Assembly: GCF_044236155.1 (NCBI RefSeq)
Contig: NZ_JBIIHA010000008.1
Location: forward strand, 65,353 to 129,352
Origin: Prosthecobacter sp.
GTDB taxonomy: Bacteria > Verrucomicrobiota > Verrucomicrobiia > Verrucomicrobiales > Verrucomicrobiaceae
DNA length: 64,000 bases
Direction of reading: 5' to 3'
Shown here: positions 9,123 to 17,379 of the stretch, one piece after another
Numbering within the stretch: position 1 is the first letter of the stretch
How the letters are laid out: each line of letters starts with the position of its first letter
Notes under the pieces: model-generated
The model's database searches: none
Told to the model about the DNA's origin: nothing
What the model saw: only the letters and a program-made list of their open reading frames with translations
Made by a program: the position numbers and the translations under genes

Positions 9123-9124
9123 AC

Positions 9125-9481
9125 ATGGCACGCAAATCCTCCTCTAAGTCACGCATGATGAAAACTTCCGCCAATATGTGCCCCGTGTGCGGTTTCGACC
9201 AGCTTGCGGAGCCTCCGCGCAATAAAACCGGCGGCGCCTCGATGGAGATCTGCGCCTGCTGCGGCTTCCAGTTCGGTGTCACTGACGACGACAAGGGTGT
9301 GAGTTATGATGCTTATCGTGAGCGATGGATCGCTGACGGCATGAAGTGGATGAGTTCGGGCAAAAAAGCTCCGAAGGGATGGAACCCGCAGACGCAACTC
9401 GCCTCCTTCGCTCTTCGCTCCACGCTTAGTCGCGTCAAAGGCCGTCCACCGCGCATGGCACTTTCCCCGCAAATGGCGTGA
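9125..9481 (+). CDS. Small zinc-ribbon-like Cys-rich protein
   Basis: ATG 9125. There are two CxxC pairs (CPVCGF ... ICACCGFQFGVTDDD) followed by YRERWIADGMKW. The gene starts 3 nt after the preceding stop. No family name can be assigned with certainty. Confidence 0.5.
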   Translation: MARKSSSKSRMMKTSANMCPVCGFDQLAEPPRNKTGGASMEICACCGFQFGVTDDDKGVSYDAYRERWIADGMKWMSSGKKAPKGWNPQTQLASFALRSTLSRVKGRPPRMALSPQMA

Positions 9482-9482
9482 G

Positions 9483-11144
9483 TCACGCCGCGCCCTTGAG
9501 CAGGCTCTTCGCATGCTCCCGAGCACTGGCGGCACTTCCACCGAGCATCCTCGCCAGCTCTTCCACCCGTTCATCGCCCGCCACTTCGGCGATTTGGGAC
9601 TTCGTGTGGCCGCCTTTGATCTCCTTCGTGACGACGAAGTGGCTCTTTGCCAGCGACGCCACCTGCGGGAAGTGCGTGATGGCGATCACCTGATGCGTGG
9701 CACCCAGCGCCGCCATCTTGCGGCCCACCGCCTCGGCGATGTTGCCGCCGACGTTCGCATCAATCTCATCAAACACGAGAAGCGGCACCGCATCCTGCTT
9801 CGCCAGGGCGCTTTTCACCGCCAGCAGCACGCGGGACATTTCCCCGCTGCTCGCCGTCATGCGCAGCGGCTTCGACGGCTCGCCCGGATTCGGCGCAAAA
9901 TGGAAATCGACCTCCTCCAGGCCGCTTTTGGAGGGTTCGGAAAGGTTCGTGAGCTGCGCGGCAAAAACGCTCTGTTTGAAGCCGAGATCGGCGAGATGGC
10001 TGGCGACCTCTTTGGCGAGCTTCGGTGCCGCATCGGCCCGTTTCTTCGAGATTTGCCTCCCGAGCTTCAAAACATCCGCCTCGCGTTCTTGGACGAGCTT
10101 TTGCAGCTTCGCGATCTCCTCGCCGCGATTTTCGATGCGGCTCAGCTTGCGCTCCGTCTCGGCCAGGAACTCCAAAATCTCGCCAATCGTGCGGCCATAC
10201 TTCCTCTTCAGCTTTTGAATCGTGTCGATGCGGCTTTCGAGCCTCACCAGCTCCGCCGGATCAATCTCCAGTTCCTCCGCATAATCTGCCACGCTGCTCT
10301 CCAGCTCCGTCAGCTCGATCTGCGCCGATTTGAAGCCCTCGAACATCTTCGCCGTGCCCGGATCGATCTTCTCCAGCTCGTGAATGCTGCGGCTGATCTC
10401 GCGCAAACCATCCACCACGCTGCCTTCGCCCTCGCTGAGGCGGCTCGTGATCGCTCCACAAAGCTCCGCCAGACGTGCGCCATTCGCGGCGATGCGATGC
10501 TTGGACTCGATCTCCTCTTCCTCGCCGTCCTTGAGGTTCGCGGAGGCGATTTCATTCGCTTGAAACTTCAGCATGTCGATCTGCTGGCTGCCCGCCCGCT
10601 CGGAATTTTCCAGATCGTCGAGTTCCGTCACGTCCGCCCGCCATTCCTTCCAGGCCGCTTCATACTTCGTGAGCGCTTCCTCGATGCCGGCAAACTTGTC
10701 CAGCATGTCGAGCTGCCGCTCCCGCGAGTTCAGCGACTGATGATCGTGCGGCCCGTGCAGATCGACCAAAAACTCGCCGAGGCCTTTGAGCACCTGGATC
10801 GTCACCGGCGAGCAGTTCACGAACTGCTTGTTCGCCCCGCTGGCGCTGATCGTGCGCTTCACGATCAGCTCGCCATCCTGGCACGGCTCCAATCCTGCCT
10901 CCTCCAGCACGGCATCAATGGCCCGCGTGTCCTTCAGATGAAAACTCGCCTCCACCGTGCAGGCATCCTGCCCCGTGCGGATCAGGCCACGGTCCGCCCG
11001 CTCGCCGAGGATGAGCTTCAAAGCGCCCACGATGATGGATTTGCCCGCGCCCGTCTCGCCCGTCACCCCCACCAGCCCCGCCGCGAGTTCCCAGGTCACG
11101 TCTTCGACGAGGGCGAGGTTGCGGATTTTGAGAATGGAAAGCAT
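9483..11144 (-). CDS. recN: DNA repair protein RecN
   Basis: 553 aa. The N-terminus reads MLSILKIRNLALVEDVTWEL...GVTGETGAGKSIIVGAL (Walker A). A long coiled-coil middle follows, then the C-terminal LVFDEIDANVGG Walker B/signature region. Confidence 0.95.
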   Translation of the reverse strand: MLSILKIRNLALVEDVTWELAAGLVGVTGETGAGKSIIVGALKLILGERADRGLIRTGQDACTVEASFHLKDTRAIDAVLEEAGLEPCQDGELIVKRTISASGANKQFVNCSPVTIQVLKGLGEFLVDLHGPHDHQSLNSRERQLDMLDKFAGIEEALTKYEAAWKEWRADVTELDDLENSERAGSQQIDMLKFQANEIASANLKDGEEEEIESKHRIAANGARLAELCGAITSRLSEGEGSVVDGLREISRSIHELEKIDPGTAKMFEGFKSAQIELTELESSVADYAEELEIDPAELVRLESRIDTIQKLKRKYGRTIGEILEFLAETERKLSRIENRGEEIAKLQKLVQEREADVLKLGRQISKKRADAAPKLAKEVASHLADLGFKQSVFAAQLTNLSEPSKSGLEEVDFHFAPNPGEPSKPLRMTASSGEMSRVLLAVKSALAKQDAVPLLVFDEIDANVGGNIAEAVGRKMAALGATHQVIAITHFPQVASLAKSHFVVTKEIKGGHTKSQIAEVAGDERVEELARMLGGSAASAREHAKSLLKGAA

Positions 11145-11192
11145 GCGGCGGCGGTTTGGAGGTCCGCGAAGATGGGAAGTCCCCGCCGCATT

Positions 11193-12053
11193 TCAACCAC
11201 CACGCGGTGATCTTCCGCTCCAAGCTTTAAAAGCACGCGAAAAATGCGCGGCAGACTTGTAGCCGAGCTCGGCGGCCACGTTTTTCACCAGCGCATCGGG
11301 CTGGCGCAGCTTGATGGCGGCTTGAGACAGCTTCAGACGCGTCAGGCAGGCCAGCGGCGTCTCGGTGTCGTAACGTTGAAACAGACGCGTGAAGTAGGCG
11401 GCGGAGACGTGACAGGCCCGTGCAGCCTGCTCGATGCTGTTGAGCACCGGGTAATTGCGCAGCAGATGGCCGCGACAGCGCAGATACGTCGCGTAAGCAG
11501 GGTCCATCTTCGTCGTCGCCGGTTGGCGACTGTCCGCGCAGAGCACAAGCGCATGCTCCAGCGCCGCGCAGGCCGTTCGCAGGCCAAAACGCCCGCCCCG
11601 CAGTGCATGATCGATCACTTCTTCGAGCAGGCTCACTACCCGCGAGGCATCCGCCACACGCAGCACACTGCCTGCGCCGAGGTCAAGATGGCTCATCAAA
11701 GCAGCGGCCCGCGAGCCGGTGAAGTTAAAGAAGTATTTCACCATCGGCTCCTCCGCCGAGCTGGAGATCACATGCGGCACACTCGAGTCGTAAAAGAACG
11801 CGTGCCCGGCCTCGACCTCGTGTTTTCGATTCGCCAGCATCACGCTGCCTTTGCCGCGTGAGACGAATTCAAAGGCCAAGAATGGGAAATCCTGCCGGTC
11901 CACGACGAAATCCGGCGCGCACCATTCACAGCCACCGCCCACGAGGCAGAGCGTGGACTCGTCGCGCTGCCGCTGCTGCCACTCGGGCAGGAAGAAGCGA
12001 CGCGTGCGCATCACTTGCGTGGAAAAATAGTCGGCCTGGTCGGTGGCGGGCAT
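11193..12053 (-). CDS. AraC family transcriptional regulator
   Basis: The C-terminal HTH pair reads IEQAARACHVSAAYFTRLFQRY...VAAELGYKSAAHFSRAFKAWSG, with an N-terminal cupin-like sensor. It is divergent from the lyase/sialidase-like cluster. Confidence 0.9.
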   Translation of the reverse strand: MPATDQADYFSTQVMRTRRFFLPEWQQRQRDESTLCLVGGGCEWCAPDFVVDRQDFPFLAFEFVSRGKGSVMLANRKHEVEAGHAFFYDSSVPHVISSSAEEPMVKYFFNFTGSRAAALMSHLDLGAGSVLRVADASRVVSLLEEVIDHALRGGRFGLRTACAALEHALVLCADSRQPATTKMDPAYATYLRCRGHLLRNYPVLNSIEQAARACHVSAAYFTRLFQRYDTETPLACLTRLKLSQAAIKLRQPDALVKNVAAELGYKSAAHFSRAFKAWSGRSPRGG

Positions 12054-12156
12054 GCGTGGAGCATGTCAGCCTCATCAAGAATCGTCAAGCCGCTGCCAAA
12101 CATGGTCAGCCGAAGCCTTTTTATCTTTGAGTCTTCCCCTTTTATCCTTTCAAGCC

Positions 12157-13062
12157 ATGTCCCAACCTCTCCGCGGCATCATTCCGCCCCTCGTCTCCCC
12201 TTTGCGTGATCGCGACACCCTCGACGTCACCGGTTTGGAGCGTCTCATCGAGCATCTCATCGGTGGCGGCGTCAGTGGCCTCTTCATCCTCGGCACCACC
12301 GGCGAAGGGCCAAGCCTCAGCTACCGTCTGCGTCGTGAATTGATCGAAAAGACCTGCCAGGTCGCCAAAAATCGCGTTCCGGTGCTCGTGGGCATCACGG
12401 ATACTTCCTTCACCGAAAGCGTGAACCTCGCCAAATACTCCGCCGAGGCCGGGGCGACGCATGTGGTGCTCGCGCCGCCGTATTACTTCCCCGCCGCGCC
12501 GCCGGAGATGCTGGAGTATGTGCAGGACCTCGTCGCTGAGATGCCGCTGCCGTTGTTTCTCTACAACATGCCCGGTTTGACGAAGGTGAGCTTCGAACTC
12601 GACCTCGTGCGCCGCGCTCTCGACATGCCGGGCATCTGCGGCGTCAAAGACAGCTCGTGTGACATGATCTACTTCCATCGCCTCATCGAGATCGCGAAGC
12701 AACGCGCCGACTGGAGCGTGCTCGTCGGCCCCGAGGAGCTCACCGCCGAGGCCGTGCTGCTCGGTGGTCACGGCGGCATCAATGGCGGGGCCAATCTGCA
12801 TCCGAAACTCTATGTCGAGATGTATCAGGCCGCCGCCGCGCAGGATTTGCAACGCACGCGGGAGCTTCACGCGCAGGTCATGAAGCTCGCCGGAGCCATC
12901 TACACCGTCGGCAAGCACAAAAGCGCCATCATCAAAGGCATCAAATGCGGCCTCAGCCTCCTCGGCATCTGCGACGACCACATGGCCGAGCCCTTCCACC
13001 GTTTCCGCGAGCCGGAACGCGAGCTCATTCGTGAAAGACTCGCCGCTCTCGGAATCTTGTAA
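12157..13062 (+). CDS. DapA/NanA family (dihydrodipicolinate synthase / N-acetylneuraminate lyase-like) aldolase
   Basis: ATG 12157 gives MSQPLRGIIPPLVSP. The GLFILGTTGEGPSL (GTTGE) motif and the ICGVKDSS Schiff-base lysine context are present. The 12043 start would overlap the AraC start. Confidence 0.85.
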   Translation: MSQPLRGIIPPLVSPLRDRDTLDVTGLERLIEHLIGGGVSGLFILGTTGEGPSLSYRLRRELIEKTCQVAKNRVPVLVGITDTSFTESVNLAKYSAEAGATHVVLAPPYYFPAAPPEMLEYVQDLVAEMPLPLFLYNMPGLTKVSFELDLVRRALDMPGICGVKDSSCDMIYFHRLIEIAKQRADWSVLVGPEELTAEAVLLGGHGGINGGANLHPKLYVEMYQAAAAQDLQRTRELHAQVMKLAGAIYTVGKHKSAIIKGIKCGLSLLGICDDHMAEPFHRFREPERELIRERLAALGIL

Positions 13063-13073
13063 CACACCACACC

Positions 13074-14129
13074 ATGAAATCTGCCCTCTGCGCCCTTCTC
13101 GTCTCCGCGGTGTCACTCGCCGCTGCTGACCCCGCGATCCTGAAAACCGAATACATCTACGACACCGGCCCTTACCCGCAGATCCACGCCACCACGATCG
13201 TCGAGACGCCCACAGGCCTTGTCGCGGCATGGTTTGGCGGCACACACGAAAAACATCCAGACGTTTGCATCTGGGTCTCGCGCCAGCTTCCCGATGGCAA
13301 ATGGACCGAGAGCGTCGAAACGGCGAATGGCGTACAAACCGATGGCACACGGCATCCCACATGGAACCCCGTGCTGTTTCAGCCGAAGGATGCTCCCTTG
13401 ATGCTCTTCTACAAAGTCGGCCCATCACCTAGCACCTGGTGGGGCGAACTCAAAACCTCGACCGACGGCGGCAAAACATGGTCCGCAGCGCAAAAGCTGC
13501 CCAAAGGCATCTTCGGCCCCATCAAGAACAAGCCCGTGCAACTCTCGAATGGCGACATCCTCTGCCCGACGAGCAACGAGACCGACACAAAGCCCAGCGC
13601 CTGGGCGATCTACTTCGAGCGCACGAGTGATCTCGGCAAAACATGGTCCCGCACGGAGCTGCTGCACGATGGTCTCGCCATCAGTGCCATCCAGCCGAGC
13701 ATTCTTTTCCTCGGCGGCGACAAGCTGCAGGCCATCGGCCGCTCGAAGAACAGCAAAGTCTTCCAGATCACCTCCGAAGATGCTGGCAAGACCTGGGGCG
13801 AAATTTCGCTCACCGAGCTACCAAACCCAAACTCCGGCACCGATGCCGTCACGCTCGCCGATGGCCGTCACCTGCTCATCTACAACCACACCGCCCGCGG
13901 CCGCAGCCCACTGAACCTCGCCGTGAGCAAGGACGGCAAGACCTGGGAAGCCGCGCTGGTCTTTGAAGACGAGCCAAAGAAGGAGTTCAGTTATCCCGCC
14001 ATCATCCAGACCAAGGACGGCCTAGTCCACATCACCTACACTTGGCAGCGCAAGAAGGTGAAACACGTCGTCCTCGATCCCGCAAAGCTCACGACGAAGC
14101 CGATGCTGAACGGCCAGTGGCCGCAGTGA
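13074..14129 (+). CDS. BNR/Asp-box repeat protein, sialidase-like beta-propeller (secreted)
   Basis: A signal peptide is present (MKSALCALLVSAVSLAAA). There are four Asp-boxes: STDGGKTWS, TSDLGKTWS, SEDAGKTWG and SKDGKTWE. I could not find an FRIP motif. Confidence 0.85.
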   Translation: MKSALCALLVSAVSLAAADPAILKTEYIYDTGPYPQIHATTIVETPTGLVAAWFGGTHEKHPDVCIWVSRQLPDGKWTESVETANGVQTDGTRHPTWNPVLFQPKDAPLMLFYKVGPSPSTWWGELKTSTDGGKTWSAAQKLPKGIFGPIKNKPVQLSNGDILCPTSNETDTKPSAWAIYFERTSDLGKTWSRTELLHDGLAISAIQPSILFLGGDKLQAIGRSKNSKVFQITSEDAGKTWGEISLTELPNPNSGTDAVTLADGRHLLIYNHTARGRSPLNLAVSKDGKTWEAALVFEDEPKKEFSYPAIIQTKDGLVHITYTWQRKKVKHVVLDPAKLTTKPMLNGQWPQ

Positions 14130-14158
14130 CATAGATTCGAGTGACCCTCGAATACACC

Positions 14159-14593
14159 ATGAAATCGATCACCTGCGCTCTCCTCTCACTGTTCATCCTA
14201 GTATCAGCCGCTGAAACCATCATGAACCACGAAACCGCTCTCACGACGTACGTTGAAAAACTCAACACGCACTCGTGGGATCAGATCGCGCCTTGTGTGG
14301 CCGACTTTGCCGTGTTCATCTTCACGGAGGACACCTTTGTCGGCAAAGCGGCAGCCAAGGCGTCTTTCGAGAAGACCTTCAAGCTGATCGAAAACGAGGT
14401 CTTTAGCCTTCACGACATCGTCTGGACGGTCGTCACCGCAGATGTGGCCGCCTGCCGCTACGAGTTTCGCTGGAAGGGCCTCATCAGCGGCCAGGAATCC
14501 TCCGGCGGCGGTCGTGGCACCAGCATTCTGCGCAAGGTCGATAGCCGCTGGCTCATCGCGCATGAGCATCTGGGGCCTTATCCTCGAAAGTGA
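14159..14593 (+). CDS. NTF2-like (SnoaL/DUF4440-type) small secreted protein
   Basis: ATG 14159 gives MKSITCALLSLFILVSAAE (signal peptide). The ~125-aa mature part has the SnoaL/DUF4440-like pattern (...WDQIAPCVADFAVFIF...RWLIAHEHLG). Confidence 0.6.
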   Translation: MKSITCALLSLFILVSAAETIMNHETALTTYVEKLNTHSWDQIAPCVADFAVFIFTEDTFVGKAAAKASFEKTFKLIENEVFSLHDIVWTVVTADVAACRYEFRWKGLISGQESSGGGRGTSILRKVDSRWLIAHEHLGPYPRK

Positions 14594-14656
14594 TGCCTCT
14601 TTCATTGTGTTATCTCTTTTGGTCTCCAACTCTGATTTTCCAACACGCTGATCCCC

Positions 14657-16096
14657 ATGAAAACACCACAAGTTTCTCCCAACTCATCCCGCCGTCGATT
14701 CTTCCAAAACACCGTCGCGGCGGGTTTGAGCTTCAATTTCCTTCCGGCCTACCTGACCAGCGCACGTGCGGCGGACAATCCGAAGCTGCCGCCGAGCCGA
14801 CGGATCAATCTGGGCTGCATCGGGATTGGTGGGCGTGCGGGCAGTGTCATTCCAGGGCTCACGGCGGGTGGCATCGCCACGCCGGTAGCTTTCACGGATG
14901 TGGACTTTGTCACGGCGAAGAGTTTGGAGAAGAATCTGACGGCTTTCCCGGACGTAAAGCGCTTCCACGACTTCCGCGAGATGCTCGACAAGATGGGCAA
15001 GGACATCGATGCCGTGAGCGTGGTGACGCCGGATCACACGCACTTCGTCGCCGCGATCAGCGCGATGGCACTCGGCAAGCATGTGTATGTGGAGAAGCCG
15101 CTGACGCACACTTTTGAAGAGGCGGAGATCCTCATGCGTGCGGAAAAGAAGTTCAAAGTGGTGACGCAGATGGGCAATCAAGGCCACACCTCGGCTGGCG
15201 CGGAGCAGTTCAAGCAAATGCTCGCGGCGGGCATCGTCGATGACATCGTGAAGATCGACGCGTGGAAGTCGCCCTCGCTGTGGTTCATGAACGCCGCCGA
15301 GCGTGCGCTCGTGAAGGGCTATCCAGCGGAGGAACCGAAGCCCGAAACGCTAAACTGGGACCTCTGGTGCGGCCCGCAGGAGGTGAAGCCCTACAGCAAG
15401 ATGTATCACCCCTTCAACTGGCGTGGCTTCCACCTCTATGGCGGCGGCATGTTTGGCGACTGGGGCGCGCACATCATCGACTTTGCCCATGATCACCTGA
15501 AACTCGGCCTGCCAACGCGCATCACGCCGCTGGCGCTCGCGGATTACAATCGCGTGAGCTATCCGCTGAGTTCGGACATTCGATTCGAGTTCCCGGAGCG
15601 CAGTGAAAAGATGCCTGCCGTGGAGTTGCACTGGAAAGCTGGTGGCGACACGAAGATCGAGATCGCCGAGAAATACGGCGATCCAGGCCAAGACGGCAAA
15701 ACCTTCATCCCGAACCCCGGCGCCACCGGATCACTCCTGCATCGCAAGCAAGGCGATTACCTCGTACAACGCGGCTCACATGATCGTCACTCGCTCGTCT
15801 ATCCGCGTGCTAAGATGGTAGAGTTCAAAGACGCGATGGCCATCCATCCGCCGAAGCACAATCACTTCGAGAGCTTCATCCATGCCTGCATGGGCGAGGG
15901 CAAAACCGAGTCGCCCTTCAGCGTCTCCGGCTTGCTGACGCAGGTCCTGAACCTCGGCACCATCGCCGAGTATCTGAACGTCGATCTCCAGTTCGACCCG
16001 AAGACCAAAAGCTTCATCGGCAACGACGAGGCCAACGCACGTCTCGCAGGACCAGCGCCGCGTGCCGAGTGGGCGGATTGCTACAAGCTGGCGTAA
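14657..16096 (+). CDS. Gfo/Idh/MocA family oxidoreductase with Tat signal
   Basis: SRRRFFQNTVAAGLSF is a Tat leader. RINLGCIGIGGRAG is the Rossmann segment, and the EKPLTHTFEEAE motif is present. It is paralogous in architecture to 54115..55461. Confidence 0.9.
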   Translation: MKTPQVSPNSSRRRFFQNTVAAGLSFNFLPAYLTSARAADNPKLPPSRRINLGCIGIGGRAGSVIPGLTAGGIATPVAFTDVDFVTAKSLEKNLTAFPDVKRFHDFREMLDKMGKDIDAVSVVTPDHTHFVAAISAMALGKHVYVEKPLTHTFEEAEILMRAEKKFKVVTQMGNQGHTSAGAEQFKQMLAAGIVDDIVKIDAWKSPSLWFMNAAERALVKGYPAEEPKPETLNWDLWCGPQEVKPYSKMYHPFNWRGFHLYGGGMFGDWGAHIIDFAHDHLKLGLPTRITPLALADYNRVSYPLSSDIRFEFPERSEKMPAVELHWKAGGDTKIEIAEKYGDPGQDGKTFIPNPGATGSLLHRKQGDYLVQRGSHDRHSLVYPRAKMVEFKDAMAIHPPKHNHFESFIHACMGEGKTESPFSVSGLLTQVLNLGTIAEYLNVDLQFDPKTKSFIGNDEANARLAGPAPRAEWADCYKLA

Positions 16097-16135
16097 GCGC
16101 ATCGGCTGTTTTTAGCCGCAAAAGACAGATCAGTA

Positions 16136-16156
16136 GCTTCGATTGGCAATCGAAGC
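16136..16156. terminator. Perfect 10+1+10 palindrome between convergent genes (possible hairpin terminator)
   Basis: The sequence GCTTCGATTG G CAATCGAAGC lies in the 65-nt gap between convergent stops at 16096 and 16162. There is no clear U-run. Confidence 0.35.
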
Positions 16157-16161
16157 AGGAC

Positions 16162-17187
16162 TCACCCCTCCCACCCGCGCCAGAGCCACACGAGCGTGTC
16201 CGCCAGCGTGTGCTCAAAGACGCGCTTGTCGCAGTGGCCGGTCTTTTTGCTGAAGACGTAGCGGTGGTGGTAACCTTTTTGATCGAGGGCGACGTTCGTG
16301 CGCATGCCGGCCATGACCCAGTTGTGGTAGGTTTCCTCGGGATCGTTGGCGCGGTTGTCGTTTTCGGAGACGTGGGTGAAGATGCGCAGCGGCTTCAGCT
16401 CGCTCGTTTCGATCAATTTCATGCCGGAGTGGTACTCCCACGCGCCGAGCGGGAATTTGGACTCCTCGGGCGCGTCGTCGTCCTGCTGGTCCACGAAGGT
16501 GCCAGAGTAGGCGATGATGCGGCGGAACCAATCGGGCCGGAACCAACCCATCGTCAGCGCTGCGGCCCCACCGGAGCTGCAACCTATCACCGCACGACCC
16601 CACGGGTTCTCCGTGAGCGCGAACTTTGGATACGCGGCGCGGATCTCGGCATTCGCGAGCACGGCGGGCAGCACCTCGTCGTGAATGAATCGCGCGAGGC
16701 GATCCGACATCGTGTCATACTCCAGGCCGCGCTGGCTGTTCTTGCCATCGTTCCCGCCATTCTGCACCGCGATGCAGACAAAGGCTGGCAGCTTGCGCTT
16801 CGCGTCCTTCGAGATGGTTAGATTGTCGAGCGCATGGCTGATGAGCTTCAACTGGCCCGGTCCATCGTGAATGACGAGCAGCGGAGCCTTCGTGCCATCT
16901 TGGTAAGCCGCAGGTACATACACGGTGATCTTGCGCTCTGTGTTCACCTTCTTCTTGTCCGGCTCCAGCGTCTTGTCCGTGCCGTCGAAGATCTTGCTAT
17001 CGGCCAGCTTCATCGAAAACGTGAACGTCTTGCCCTTCGCGTTGCCTTTGTCGGTCAAATCGGGATCGAGTTTGTATTCTGGCCCGACCTCGAAAGCACC
17101 ATCGCCCTGCTTGCCGGGTTTCTCGGTGTAGGTTTCAGCGGCTTGGAGCGAGGAGAAGCAGGCGAGAGCAAGGAAGAGGCGTTTCAT
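16162..17187 (-). CDS. Esterase family protein (enterochelin-esterase-like alpha/beta hydrolase), secreted
   Basis: ATG 17187 gives MKRLFLALACFSSLQA (signal peptide). The nucleophile elbow is VIGCSSGGAAALTMGW (GxSxG), and LLVIHDGPG is present. Confidence 0.8.
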   Translation of the reverse strand: MKRLFLALACFSSLQAAETYTEKPGKQGDGAFEVGPEYKLDPDLTDKGNAKGKTFTFSMKLADSKIFDGTDKTLEPDKKKVNTERKITVYVPAAYQDGTKAPLLVIHDGPGQLKLISHALDNLTISKDAKRKLPAFVCIAVQNGGNDGKNSQRGLEYDTMSDRLARFIHDEVLPAVLANAEIRAAYPKFALTENPWGRAVIGCSSGGAAALTMGWFRPDWFRRIIAYSGTFVDQQDDDAPEESKFPLGAWEYHSGMKLIETSELKPLRIFTHVSENDNRANDPEETYHNWVMAGMRTNVALDQKGYHHRYVFSKKTGHCDKRVFEHTLADTLVWLWRGWEG

Positions 17188-17379
17188 GATGGATGAGTCG
17201 CGTAGCATTTTTCAGATATGGACCGTCAGGTTTTGGAAATTTAAAGATGTGCCGCAGAGGTAAAAACCGCTGATTTGACGCTGACCAGACACTAATTTCA
17301 AACCTCTAATATCAGCGTCAAATGAGCGTCGTATCAGTGGTTAAAAGATTCCTGATACTAATGGGAGGTCTGCACTCCA

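Noticed and set aside
9513-11210. A 565-aa plus-strand ORF opposite recN. There are similar long antisense ORFs at 745-1767, 7321-8352, 12142-13428, 17407-18243, 18752-19711, 21029-22156, 28322-29938, 35314-36993, 38836-39879, 42323-44059, 47122-48516, 48556-49554, 53980-55278, 55546-56991, 57717-78778, 59083-60447, 60878-62125 and 63161-63970.
   Set aside because: Each is antisense to an ORF with strong family motifs. All share an Arg/Gly/His/Ala-rich composition and lack signal peptides or conserved motifs.
14597-14641. A pyrimidine-rich leader upstream of the Gfo/Idh/MocA gene (CTTTCATTGTGTTATCTCTTTTGGTCTCCAACTCTGATTTTCC), considered as another copy of the repeat family.
   Set aside because: It shares only short fragments (TTTTGGT, CTGATTT) with the consensus. 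It is too degenerate to count without a statistical model.
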